Shown: positions 13,163 to 25,840 of the stretch, piece by piece
Position numbering within the stretch: the first letter of the stretch is position 1
Layout: every line of letters starts with the position of its first letter
Assembly (NCBI GenBank): GCA_028534125.1
Contig: CM052816.1
Span: 22,136,001 to 22,200,000 of the forward strand
From: Lama glama
Lineage: Eukaryota
Direction: 5' to 3'
Length of the DNA stretch: 64,000 nt
Program-made: the position numbers and the translations under genes
Notes under the pieces: generated by a model
Told to the model about the DNA's origin: nothing
The model's database searches: none
What the model saw: the letters and a program-made list of their open reading frames with translations, nothing else

Positions 13163-13399
13163 AGAAGAGGCTAGAGGTGGAATGTAATCAAGAATGTCAA
13201 GCTAGATATTTTGAAAGTGATTCCTATAGGCAACAGAGAACTATTGTAGATTTCTGGGAAGGGCAGTGACATAAGAGCTACACTGTATGTCTCAGATGGG
13301 TTTAACCCAGCAAGGTGTATATTTTGCTGACTCAAAGTTCTCTATAGGTACAGGCAACTCTTTGAGGCAAGTGTTTTACATGCAGAGACTCAGGTTTTA

Positions 13400-14860
13400 A
13401 TTTTTATTCTGTTTAATATTTCTAATTAATATATTAAATATTCTTTTTAAATAATTTACAATATGACTTCATTGACCTATGAGCTATTTAGAGTTTTTTT
13501 TAATAATTTCCTGATACATGATAATTTTCTAGTTATTTTTGTTACTTATTTCTGACTTATTTGCACTATGATCGTGGGATCTTCTCTGTATAATTTTAGT
13601 CTTTTGAATTTTGTTGAAGCCTGCCTTATTGTCAGTTTTCGTAAATGTTTCTTTATGTGCCCTAAAGGAACGTGTATTTTATAGTTTTTTGTTGCAGTGT
13701 TCTGTGTACATACACTTTAGGTCAAGTTTGTTAATTATGTTCATATCTTCTGTATCTTTACTTTTTATTTTGATTATTCTGTCACTGAGTGATCTGAGGT
13801 AAAATTTCAGTGGCATAATTGTGGATTCATCTACTTCTCCTTTTATCATTATCATTTTTTTGCCTAATACATTTTGAGGCTATGTTATTAAGTACATATC
13901 TGTTTAGTGTTGAACTTTTTATCATTATGAAATGTCCCCTTTCATTTCTACTAATGCTTTATTAATGCTTTTGCCTCACAGTGTGTCTTGTCTGACATAA
14001 ATATAACTACCTAAGCTTTCTTTTAGTTTGTGTTACTATTTTATATAGTCAGTATATGTTGATTTACTCAGATCATGTTGATTTACTCAGAAATTTCCTG
14101 TTTTCATTGGTTTTCCTTCTTTTCCTGCATCTAGCAGCTTTCATTTGGAATAATTTTCTTTATTCCAGTAGATTTTCCTCATTGTATGTCTGCTGGGGTT
14201 ATTTCTCCTCTTCTTTGTTTCTCTGAAAGTGACTTTATTTTGCCCATTTTGAGGACTTTTTTTACTGGGTGTAGAATTACAGCTCTTGGAAATATCACTC
14301 CATTGTCTTCAGGCTTCCAAGTTTCTCTTCTGAAGTCAGCCATCAGTTTAATTTTTGTCTTGTCATAGTAATCTTTTTTCCCAGACTTCTTTTAAGACTT
14401 CTCTGTTTTTCCTTTTTTCCCAACATTTTTACCCTGGTGTGCATAGATGTGGTTTGTCTTTTATTTATCTTGCCAGTAAATCTTAAAGCTGCTTGATCTG
14501 TGAGTTTGTATCTTTTGTCAGTTTTGGAAAAATGCTCAGCCCTCATTACCCACTATGCCTTAAATACCCTTCTGTTTCTATGACTCTGGTTATTTAGATG
14601 TTACCCTTTCACTGTATCTCCTGTTGCTCTTACCCATTCCCTCCTAGCTTCATTCTTTTTACTTTCCGTGTTTCATTCTAGGTATTTTTTTCAGACCAAT
14701 CTTCATTTTTCTTTTTTTTTTTCTTAGCTCTGTCAAATTTGTTATTGAATCCGTCTGTTGACTTTTTAAATTTCCATAATTGTATTTTTCAGTTCTAGAA
14801 TTTTTATGTCATTCTTTGTTAGTTTTTCTTTCTTTGCTAAAATTCTTAGTCTTTTTGGCA
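13400..14860 (-). mobile_element. Ancient L1 (L1M-type) fragments, boundaries approximate
   Basis: T-rich degenerate sequence with antisense L1 ORF1/ORF2-like motifs. Confidence 0.55.
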
Positions 14861-14990
14861 TGACTTTTGAGCTAAGAATGATTATGTTTAAAAAAAAAAT
14901 TCAGAAAAAAAGTATACCACAGAGGTTGTATGTGGTCTGCAAAACCTAAAACACACACTCTTTGGTCTTTTAAAGAAAATGTTTGCCAGC

Positions 14991-15030
14991 GGGGATGATA
15001 CAGCTCAAGTGGTAGAGTGCATGCTTAGCC
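14991..15030 (+). mobile_element. 5' head only of a tRNA-Ala-like/Vic-1 SINE (3'-truncated)
   Basis: ggggatgatacagctcaagtggtagagtgcatgcttagc, followed by unrelated sequence. Confidence 0.75.
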
Positions 15031-16612
15031 AACCTCTCATGTATATGAAATACAGTTATTTTATAATTTGTGTCTGATACTCCATTGTTTGAAAGTTTTT
15101 CTTCACTGATGTCTAGAGTTTATTATTTCTGTTAGTTTTCATGAATGTCATTTTGTCTCTAAAGTGTCTGGATTTATTTGAGCAGTAGATACTGTGTATG
15201 CAAAATTTTTTAAATAATTTGAAACTTCAGATGGTTTTCTTTCCTGTGGTGAAGTTTTGTTTGTTTTCAGTAGCCAACTGGAGGCACTAGTAATCCTGCA
15301 TAGCTTTAATACAACATGAGATGGGAGATGGGATTGAGATGATTCTAAAATGGGCATCAATTTACACTTATTTACTAGAATGTAATGTACTTTGCAGGGT
15401 GGAAATCCAAAGCATGGCCCTTCCATGCTTGGTCTTGGATTATAACTTTTGTTTCTTTAACCAGGGGCTATCAGAAGTGCTTTTCAACCTGTTTACCTCT
15501 TCTTTAAAAATCAGAGAATATTAAGAGAAAAGCAGCTTGAAAGGCCAAATTGTGTATGTGTGCATTAAAATTTTTCTGTTTATCTGAATTAACAGGATTT
15601 ATCATAATCAGCAGGGGAAGTTTGTGATATAGTTTTTGCGTGTGTAGTTTTTATAATTACTGTGACTTCTCTTGAGATAAGATAATTCAGGCTTGGCCAT
15701 TTTGTTCTTTAGGGTATATTTAGTTTCCACTATTTACGTGTGTGTTTCTTAAATGTTTTCCTATAATAAAGTGATGAGAAACCCTGCTCTGAGAAGTAAG
15801 TAGATTTCTTTTAATGGTCCTGAGTAACAGGAAATTGCAGAGAAATTATTTGGAAAATATATCATCATATCTACTATGTAAAACTTTCACTGCTTTGGAA
15901 CACAATGGGTTGTATCTTGTCTCAACTCCTATGGCATTTTTTTTGTGAGACTTCTAAAAATTATGGTGTGAAATACATTTTACAGCCTGCATTCCTGATA
16001 AAAGTGTGATTATGTTAAAGATGAGGTGATGAAATCATTTCATTCTCTGTCTCTTGTATGCCTACACCTAGCACAGTTATTTATTAAATCATCTTGATTA
16101 CTAACAAATTTTTTAGGGGTCAACTATCAACTAATACATTATTAAGTGAAAAGAGGCCTACTAAATTTTTGGAATATTGAATACAGTCAGCTGTTACTTA
16201 AGCCTTGGTGCCAGATACGGTACTTTAATCCAAGATATTGCTGTTTTATGCTGGTATTAGCAACCATTTTGTGTTAGTGAGGGGGAATGTGTGTGTGTGT
16301 AATAGCATTCCTACCCTTTATGGTGACAACAGCTGATTTTTTTTTTTGTGGAAAGAGGCCAAGGTTTTCCTCTGAAATACCATTACTCATGGTAATCTCT
16401 TTTGAAGACTGCTCAGTGGGCTCCCACTGTAGGCTTGCCTATTAGAATACTAATTGGATTCTTATCTTTTCCTAAGAGTGGAGAATTTAGAAGTGAGGTT
16501 GCACATAAATGTAGAGAGAACGAAAGATTTGTTGCAGAAGTTACAGTGTGTCAAGAACTCATCTAAAGATAATGTTTGGTATTTAGATTATCTTAAATTA
16601 TTTTTTCTTCAG

Positions 16613-16744
16613 CTTCCAGCCGATCTTACCAAGATGCACATCGCTGACAACCCTCACCCACAGGTGACTCATGTGTCTTCTAGTCAGTCTGGTTGTAGCA
16701 TTGCCAGTGACTCTGGGAGCAGCAGTTTATCTGATATCTATCAG
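16613..16744 (+). CDS. RAPGEF6: RAPGEF6 internal exon (about exon 7), [44 protein letters not shown]
   Basis: ttttttcttcag acceptor, CAG|gtaata donor, 132 nt, phase 0/0. Peptide recognised as RAPGEF6/RAPGEF2 family. Confidence 0.96.
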
Positions 16745-17149
16745 GTAATACCTTAGGAGTTTAGATGCTGTGCATATGGCTTTTTTATTCTGTCACATAC
16801 CTTGTGCTTATGCCTTAGGTGATCATGTATCTTTTAATTAGGGTGTGAAATTCCGACATAAGGTCTTTGCGAAAATATGCTTTATTTACTGTTTCAGATT
16901 TACAGGCATAATAAAAGAGGTGATCTGTCTTTTGAGGGTGATTAAATATGATCTAGCAGTGTATGGATATAGTGTTCTTTTTAATTTTTTTATCCAAGTG
17001 AGTCTGTATTTAATATGTAATGTTTGTGTTCATAAAAAATAGATCTTGAAACCACTGACCTTAAACTTATAAAAATGTTAATTTTTATAATAATTGACTA
17101 TATAAATCTTCTTTGAAGAAAATTAGAGTTGCCTTTGTATTGTAAAGAC

Positions 17150-17410
17150 ACTGTTAAACTTTGTAGTTGCCACATTTAAAAAGTAAAAGGAAACAGGTAA
17201 AATTAATTTTAATATCTTTTATTGAACACAATATATCCAGATATTCTCATTTCAGCATGTAATCAATGTTTAAAAATTATGAGTTACTTTATTTCTCCAT
17301 ACTAAGTCTTCAGAAGCCAAAGTTTAATACAAATTTATAGCATATCTAAATTCAGACAAGCCACGTCTCAAATGCCACATGTGGCTAGTGGCTGCCATGT
17401 AGTACTGATC
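17150..17410. mobile_element. hAT-Charlie MITE (MER33-like)
   Basis: gtagttgccacatttaaaaagtaaaag...gccacatgtggctagtggctgccatgt. Confidence 0.65.
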
Positions 17411-19903
17411 TCTTGAAATAGAATCATTGTCTGAGGAAAACGTGTTAAACTGATTGTATTTGAGTTACCCAGATTCAGCTGTTTGACAAAAATCAGCATT
17501 CCTCTGTTAAGGGGAATTTGTAGGCAGATGTGAAATGCAAAAAACCCCTCGATTTTTGGTTTATGCAAGGCTTTTCTCTACAGAGGTTGTTTCTGTGGTC
17601 ATGCCATGTATATCCCCTTGTTTCACATTTTATAGTAGACAGAACAGGAATTTTTACAAAGTAAAGCTGCAAACAGTGCAGTGGTTCTGGGGCCACTTAC
17701 TTTGCTCCTATAGTTGTTGGGCTTTGTGCATTTCACCTCTCCCGAAAAGAAATACTTTGTGAAAGAAATTAGAGTTGTTGCATACCTTAAAGTCAGAATA
17801 GAGCTGTGCTTCTCTGGACTCTGTGTTTTTCTTAGTGAAGAACCCGGAGGAAGATTGACCCTGAATTAATGAAATTCAGGGATATGCCTATAGATTTCTT
17901 TCAAGATAAGTGGGAATATCTAGACCTTGCTAAGAAAGGTTGTAAAGCAGAGATGTGTTGTTGACGACCTATACATACCTGGTCTCACTAGAATATCCAT
18001 CTCTAACCCAGATATGATGATATGGTCATCTTTTTGGAGCAAGGAACAGAGCCCTGTATGGTTGTAAGGAAAGGGACAAGGAAATAGTGCACAGATTGAA
18101 GTTCAGGATCACTCGGAAAGGCCTATGGTTTATTCCTGAACAAAAAGATGGGGTCCTGTATCTTTGGCAAGATCCTGGAGGAGCTTCTGTAGAACTGTGC
18201 TTATATTAGCACCTAAAGGATATTCACCTACTGACTGGATGACCCATGTGAAGCTGGGACTGGAGCACAGCTGCTGATGTGGTTGGAAGTCTTCTGCTAT
18301 AGGACTATGGCCAACCTTTTATGTTTTTCTTCCTCAGTAACTCTCTTCACAGTCTATTCTACTTTTTAAGAGATTCATTTTAAGATTGAATAAAACATTA
18401 GCAGGTATCCTTGTCAACTTTCCTGCCCATCAGAAAAGTGCCTTCATTACAAAGTGAAGGAGATACTTTTTCATACCCCTTCATACCCCCAAAACCTGAA
18501 AGTTCTATCATTGGCCTTCCTCCCTTGATCATCATATTCAGCACCAAATCATATCAGTTCTGCTTCATGCGTATCATTGTGTTTGTGTATGTATGTTTGA
18601 TGCTGAGATGTAATTACCCTCTTTAGGATACAGGAAGACATAGAACATTTCCATCACCTCAAAAAGTGCTTTTATGTCCTTTTTCAGTCAGTCCCTTTTC
18701 CTGACCCCTAGCCTCTGGCAACCACCAATCTGTTTTCTACCCTTACAGTTTTACATTTTGGAATCATATAGTTAAAAGATGATGCAGTGTACAAAGTATG
18801 AAGTATAAAGTAACCAATAAGATAAAATAGGTTTCAGTGTATTTAGGGAGAGTGAACAGAGAAAAGGAGGAAAAATAATGAAAATTGAGAACCAAAACAG
18901 AAATTCAGAAATTTAAAAGAGAAAACTTTGTAATACTAAAGTCAAATATGCAAGAGTATAAGATAAAATCTTTTAAGTGTAGCCAAAGAAGGTAAAAATC
19001 CCCAAACTTAGACTTTAGTTAAGCTTAGGACAATAACCAGAGGCTAGAAACAGCATAAAAGTTAAACCCACAAAGATAAAATGAAAAGAAAAGAAATTGG
19101 AATCTTAAATAAATACATGCATATATATTTTATTACTGTTTTATGCCAAATGGTAACAGTGTTTTTCTATTGATGGTAGATTTGTGGGTAGTTGTTATTA
19201 TGTTCCTGCAGCTTCTGTTATGTTTTTCTCAGTGAACATTATTATTTCTACATTTAACAAATTTTCAAGAGAATGTAAATAGAGTGTATAATTAAAAATA
19301 AAAATTGAATAAAATTGTGGAAAAAATTAAAGGAATAATTACTAGAGGATAAAAGAAATAAGAACAGAATAATAATAGATTGATAAACTGTATCTCCCAA
19401 AATGTAGAATTTCTGGACCTACAGTTTAAAAACAAAAAACATGGATACAGTAAGTAACACCAACTAGACTGTGTGTGTGTGTGTATCTCGTCAGATCCTC
19501 AGGACTGAAACAAAGGGAAGAAGAGGGGTGTTAGAGTTACATGTCAATATTGGACCCTTGGTCTCTCTCTTGACCTCAGGTCTCCTTTTAGTACTTGCTA
19601 AAGCCGTGAATACACTCTTTGGTTAATAGACGTTGGTCCACACCGAAAGGTCCTTGTTACTTGATCCTGTCCCAGACCGTTTGGCATAGACCAGATTTGC
19701 TTAGGGACGTTTTGGACAAGACCAAACATCCTGCAAAGCACTTTCTGGTTACAGTTGTATGTTGCCAATGCTTATACCTTGGCCAGCAACATTTGAAGTG
19801 ATTTGCCTGTTACCCAGATCTCAGCATTTGAGAGATTTTAAAAGGCTAACACCAACGATGACTTGTAACAGTTTAAGCAAAGCCTTGTGAAATAATACAG
19901 ATA

Positions 19904-20099
19904 CAATTGACCTTTGAATAAAACGGGTTTGAAATGCACATGTCTACTTATACACAGACGTTTTTTCAGTAGATACACACTACAGTACCTGCATACAGAA
20001 CCACAGCTACAGAGGGCTGACTGTAAAGTTTTATGTGTGTTTTCAACTGCTGAGAGGTAATCAGTGCCCCTAACACCAGTGTTGTTCAAGGGTCAACTA
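19904..20099. mobile_element. TcMar-Tigger MITE (Tigger2/MER8-like)
   Basis: TIRs caattgacctttgaataa ... ttgttcaagggtcaacta, preceded by TA. Confidence 0.8.
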
Positions 20100-21000
20100 T
20101 GTTTCTAATTTGGAGTGTTTGGAGGCAGGGGAGGGAGAGAGACATCCTAACAACAGTTCTTAATAGGAATATTGTTGACACCATTTTATATGGCCAAATG
20201 TGTGAATATGCTCTGATGCGTTTACTTCTTGAGAGTTTTCGTATGTTCTGGTTTAAAAATAAAAGTCCTTGGCTCTCAAAGAAAGTTCAAAATAAAATAT
20301 TTGTCACAGTTTGGGGAAAAAATGTGCAAGTAGTAGTTTCAGTGTGAATATGTTTCTAGTCAGATTAGCTTAAAATTTTAGCTAAAAGTATGCATTAAGA
20401 TGTTAGGATGTTCTTGGATGGAATATTTTATGTATCTTCAATGAATTCTCAAGAGAAATAAGGAGTGCCGCTTTCTCAATTTGTTTTTCTATTTACTTTA
20501 GTCTTTTCCAAGAGCTGGAAGATTGTAAAATGTTAATTACTGAATTAAAGCACTTGTCGTTTCATTAACTTATTTTTAAGTAACCTGAGATACACATCTA
20601 TCTCCCACCTATCTCTCTGGCTTCTATACAGGAAATAAATGTGATCCTAAAAATCCCAACTCTGTGGCAGCATGATTCCGTAACTCAGAGTTCTACTGCC
20701 CATCTTTCCAGAGCTGTGGTGCCACGTTTCCACCAGAATGTTCTTTTGACACTTCAACTAGTTTTATCCTGCTACATGTTTTCTTCTACTTGTCTTTAAT
20801 ATTTCTGTTAAGAATATCATCTGTCTCCTAGTCAAAGTCTCAGTTCTCTTTGCCTGATTCTGTTTTTTTAAAGTCCCACTTACATTGCAGGAACAGTATT
20901 AAACTTTCCTTCTCTATGAAAAAATATTCAGTACTTCACCATTATCTAATTTTCACTATTGACTTCAAATTTGTATTCAAATTCCAAGCCTTTCATTTGT

Positions 21001-21023
21001 TTTTTGGGGGGGGGGGGTGAGGT
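21001..21023 (-). mobile_element. 3' tail-only SINE stub
   Basis: tttttG12tgaggt resembles the reverse complement of the SINE tail (acct..C-tract..A-tract). 15-bp TSD aagcctttc(a/g)ttt(g/c)t at 20986-21000 and 21024-21038. Confidence 0.6.
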
Positions 21024-22975
21024 AAGCCTTTCGTTTCTAACTGTGGTCTGCAAATGGTTTTATATTCCTTTATTCCCCACTTAAACATTCTAGATTTTGG
21101 TCCTTGACAAATACATATGCTGTTCCCTGAACACGTGTGTCTTTTCCTAACCCTGTTTTGGTAGTGCTATTCTGCCTGCGACTCCATCTAGATGATATTT
21201 TCATATTGCCTCTCACATGTTGCCCACAGCTGTTGTTCTGTGGGTCATGTCACTTTCTACACTTTGCTTTTTAGTGTAGTTACTTGTAAACTTGACATTT
21301 TTCATCATCATAGGAAATTTGTGGTGGGCAGAGTCTGTGTATTCCTTTTGTAGGTCATGCTGAGTTAAGCACAGTATTGGCACTAAGGAAGCAATCTGCA
21401 TATATGTATTTTTAGTTGGATTACATTTAGTTGAAAGTATATGCCCATATTGTTTCCAGGGAACATACAGAGGATCACTGCTAACTAAAGCTTGATTATC
21501 CAGAGCAAAGGAGGCCTTTGCCTACCTATCCTGTTGTAGACACAATGGAAAGGGCCAGCCTAGACAGCATTACTGTAAAGAATTAATTTCACAGGGTTCT
21601 TGCCCTAGCCAGAAAGACAAAGAGGAAACATAAGGACAAAGTGGTCTCTGAAAAGGTTGAATGGTGTATTAAAAATGGGAATTCACAAAAGCACTGAAAA
21701 TCTAAGATTCTGGCTTAATATTTGCCCTGAATTAGAAAATGTGGTTTTTGTAAGTTTGTATAACTTCTCATTCTAACCTGTAGTTCCCCTCACTGTAGCC
21801 TCATGCTTATCTAGATGCAAACAGGAAAAGGCTATCTTTTGGTGGTATATTTGAGAAGGCCAAGTCATCAGAAAATCACCTCATTCTGTCTGCCTCACTA
21901 AATTATATTTAAACATATACACAGAGATACATTTATACTGTGAGGAAGGAAAAACCCAAAAATCTTAATACTTTTCTTATTAGCCCTTTCACCAATATAC
22001 CTTTTTTAATCAGGACTTAATTCATTTGTCATTATTTTTCAGAGGATCTGCTGTATTCCAGGTGCTGGGATAAAGTAGTCAAAATGCTAGGGCTCCAATC
22101 TTCTTTGTACCCTACCTTAATGAATGTGGCATATCTATTGCCCTACGTTTTGTTAACAGTGTTGATATTACGAGTCTCTGAGGCTCTGTTAAGTTTTCTT
22201 TTTGGCTTTTTTTCTTCTCTTTGCTTCAGTTTTGGGTAGTTTTTATTTCCTAAAATACATTTGCATTGTTTTCTATGAGTGACCTTTAAATTTAGAGGGT
22301 TTTTTTTAATCTACTGATTTCTTTACAATTATCTGAGACTAGTAAGTTTACAAATTTAAGATTATAAATACAAATTTGTTTTTAAGATTGCTTAGAATAA
22401 TCTCAGCTCCAATTAGATTCAATAATAAGGTACTGGGAAGAGATAAATGTGTGTTCATTTCTTCACAGTTGTTCTATTTTAGCACTTTTCAGTACTACTC
22501 TTTACCTGTTTTATAATTCTGTTCTTAATTTACATGACTGCCTCCCCTATTAGATTCTAAACCTTGTGAAAAAACCATGATACCTTCTTTACAACACCCA
22601 GCATAGGCTAATGAGGTACTCATAAAATGATTGTTGGTAAGCTACCTTTCTCTTTCCTGCACTTCATCTTTTAGGAGATGTTGTACTTTAAAAAAATACA
22701 AGTGTTTATTGGAAAACAGATATTAATACATTTAGTGATGTTTGAGTCTCCTAACCTGGCTCAGATTTATCAACTAGATGTCACACTGAAATGATGACCT
22801 GTATTTTGGGCAGAAAGAAACCTTTTATAAATAAGTATCATTTTGTTTTGATACAGCATACAGTGTTGCCTAATTCTTTATAATATTTGGTAGGGAGGGG
22901 TAGTTTTGCTTACTTCAGACTGTGCCATAGTTTTTATAATATGAAATGATAAGTGATCAAGCTTTCTTTCTGTAG

Positions 22976-23153
22976 GCTACAGAAAGTGAGGTAGGAGATG
23001 TAGATTTAACACGTCTTCCAGAAGGACCTGTTGATTCTGAAGATGAAGAGGAGGAGGATGAAGAGATTGATCGAACAGATCCACTGCAGGGACGAGATCT
23101 TGTTCGAGAATGTCTGGAAAAAGAACCTGCAGACAAAACTGATGATGACATTG
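22976..23153 (+). CDS. RAPGEF6: RAPGEF6 exon (about 8), acidic region [59 protein letters not shown]
   Basis: tttctttctgtag acceptor, G|gtaaga donor, 178 nt, phase 0/1. Confidence 0.96.
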
Positions 23154-23201
23154 GTAAGAAGTACATCTGTTCACAGTAAGAATTTTATAGTTTAATTTAT
23201 A

Positions 23202-23725
23202 TGTAGTTACCTATTGCTGCATAACATATTACGCCAAACATAGTAGCTTATAACAACACACACTTATTTTCTCATAGTTTTTTTGTGGGACAGGAATTCA
23301 GGAACAGCCTAGCTGAGTGGTTCTAGCTCATTGTTTCTCAGAAGACTGTAGTCAGAATGTTGGCAGGGGTTACAGTCTTATGAGACTTCACTGGGCTGAG
23401 CTAGAGGATCTACTTCCAAAGTGGCTGCTCACATGACTTTTGGCATAGAATCTCAGTTCCTTGGCACATGAGCCTCTGAAGGTTGCTTAAAAGTCCTCAC
23501 AACATGACAGTTGGCTTCCTCCAAAGCAAGTAATCCAAAGGAGAATGGAGGCAGATGCCACAGTGTCTTTTATGATCTGGCCTCAAAAGTGATACATCAT
23601 TGCCTTCCCAGTTCTGTTTGTCACACAGAGTGACCCTCATATAATAGGGGAAGATACTGCATGAGGACATGAATATCAAGAGGCAAGAATTGTTTAGGGC
23701 CATCTTCGAGGCTAGCTGCCCCAGT
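23202..23725. mobile_element. MaLR (MLT1-family) solo LTR
   Basis: Begins tgtagttacctattgctgcataaca...ttattttctcatagtt...caggaattcagg and ends ...ggccatcttcgaggctagctgcc, typical MLT1 termini (recognised from memory). Confidence 0.7.
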
Positions 23726-23726
23726 A

Positions 23727-23982
23727 TGAGAGCTTGTTTGGAAGTTCTAGTTGGGGAACACAGCTACTCATATACCCTTGACTGAAGAACAGTTGTCTGT
23801 CAGGCAAGGTTCTCCTCTACTGGGGAAGGTCATCCTCTTTCACCAGGTGCAAAGCTTCAGGAGGGATGCTTGCGTGGAGCTGTAAGGGAGGAAGAGGACA
23901 TGTGCCTAGACAGACAGATCAAGTGAATCAGCCATGGCGATCAGTAGGGTGATGAATGTTGCAGCTGGATCGCCCTCACATC
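23727..23982 (-). pseudogene. 7SK snRNA retropseudogene, 3'-truncated (about nt 2-240), no poly(A) tail
   Basis: The reverse complement reads GATGTGAGGGCGATCCAGCTGCAACAT...CAAGGGTATATGAGTAGCTG...CTAGAACTTCCAAACAAGCTCTCA, matching vertebrate 7SK with many substitutions. Flanked by direct repeat gctgccccagt (23715-23725 and 23986-23996). Confidence 0.93.
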
Positions 23983-25243
23983 TTGGCTGCCCCAGTTTAT
24001 AAAACAAAAGATTCTTTCGTTAATGCGCTTTAATTGCATTAAAGTGATTTTCTCCTTCATGTTTGTATGTTTAAAACACAGTATATCAATGTGCTTTGTC
24101 TATGAACTGTTATAAGTGTTATCAAAAATCATATTTTTGCCTCTAGCTTGAAAAAATATATGTATATACAATTTTTGGTTCAAATTTTATAAAGTCTTTA
24201 ATTTTTTATTGAAGTACTTACTATACTTTGGAGATTGAGTAATACTAAAGATGCTAATGTTATCGGTAAAGATTACTTAGTGTCATTATATATTATGAGT
24301 CAATTAAGATTTTATCTTAGATTTCCCTTCCCCCGCAGTCATATTACTGTGATTCTAACCAGAAGTTACTGCTACTAATAATTATAATCTGTGTGAATAA
24401 AGATTGATACATTTTAACATTCCTTGCCCTGCTAATGACATATAATATAGTTAAGCAACCTAATTTAGACTCTTGTTGTGAATACTTTCTTGACAGAAAT
24501 TGTAAGTGCATTTTTAATGATAAAGAATTGTACACTACATTCTTTTCACAAAGCTTTTTCAGAATTGAAATATAATTAACTTCCAACTATCTGTGGGTGG
24601 ATAGCACCTTATACTTCTCTTTTAGCCCTTACCTTACCTGCCTGCTTAAATATGTTTCTCCTTTATATTTATTTTTATTATTCATGTATCTATACCAGGG
24701 AATGGTCTTAGACAGGCACTCATAAACATTTGTTGATTAGCTAAAAGAGAATTATCTTGTAGTTGCTTTGACAAATCTTAAACTAGTATTCATGTTTGTT
24801 GTCCCTAATTTAATTACTGACTTATATTAATTACTTTTAAAAAATTCTGGCTCAATATGAACTAGACAAAAAGCTTTTTCACTAACCTGTTAGATCAAAG
24901 GACATCACAAACTTAATCACCATGGAGTAGAATCTCGTGCTAGGAGAATAATCTAAACTCTCCAACCGCGTCTGATTTTGTGTGGTTTCCTGGTTCTCTC
25001 TGGAAAGTGTGAATTCTGGTATCTTCCATTGTGCCTGTATTTTCATATGCATCTGAATATATCTGTTAAGCAAATAACTGAATTTTTTTTTAACCAACAG
25101 TCACTTTGTGTCTTGGTTTCTCTAGTTTAACAGCATAAATTCCTAAATTGATTAGGAAATTGGGTATTAAATTCTAGATTTTATTGTATCTTTAGACTGT
25201 AGTCCTTGATGGTCTCCATACTAGAATTTCTGTTTTTTAACAG

Positions 25244-25380
25244 AACAATTACTGGAGTTTATGCACCAGCTTCCGGCTTTTGCAAACATGACCATGTCTG
25301 TAAGGAGAGAACTCTGCTCAGTGATGATTTTTGAAGTGGTAGAGCAGGCTGGAGCTGTTATTCTTGAAGATGGGCAAGAG
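25244..25380 (+). CDS. RAPGEF6: RAPGEF6 exon (about 9), start of cNMP-binding-like domain (E)[45 protein letters not shown]
   Basis: ttttttaacag acceptor, GAG|gtaggt donor, 137 nt, phase 1/0. Confidence 0.96.
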
Positions 25381-25792
25381 GTAGGTTAGCTAATAAATGT
25401 TACACATTACTTGGTATGGCAGCTAATTTTTAGAATAATTTCCATAAGCTTATGTAAATCTTGACTTTTAAAATTTATACAATTTTTAAAATGAATACTG
25501 AATTTAGGGGTAGTTTTCATTTCTGAAGAGATACATTTTGCTTTGTTTTCACTTTACTTTGTCTTAATTTTGATTTCCTGGCAGTGGACCTTGGAACAAG
25601 TAGATGTTCGATGAGTTAATATTCACTGAACCAAATTGGTTTCTCTTCTCAAATTAAGTTGTAAGACATTTAAAAAATTTCTTCATTATTGCTTTATTAT
25701 TATATTTATAACATTATTACTGTCTAAAATGTTTATGAAGTATTTACTCTCCCTATCCCTTTTCTATATTATACAATTTTTTTAAATGAAGG

Positions 25793-25794
<2 letters not shown>

Positions 25795-25834
<40 letters not shown>
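25795..25834. repeat. (GT)20 microsatellite
   Basis: Perfect GT dinucleotide run. Confidence 0.95.

Positions 25835-25840
<6 letters not shown>

Noticed and set aside
14056..14091. Tandem duplication atgttgatttactcaga x2
   Set aside because: Simple local slippage duplication within an old L1 relic.
22957..23174. Minus-strand ORFs with poly-Ser / Pro-rich tracts
   Set aside because: Antisense shadows of the acidic RAPGEF6 exon.
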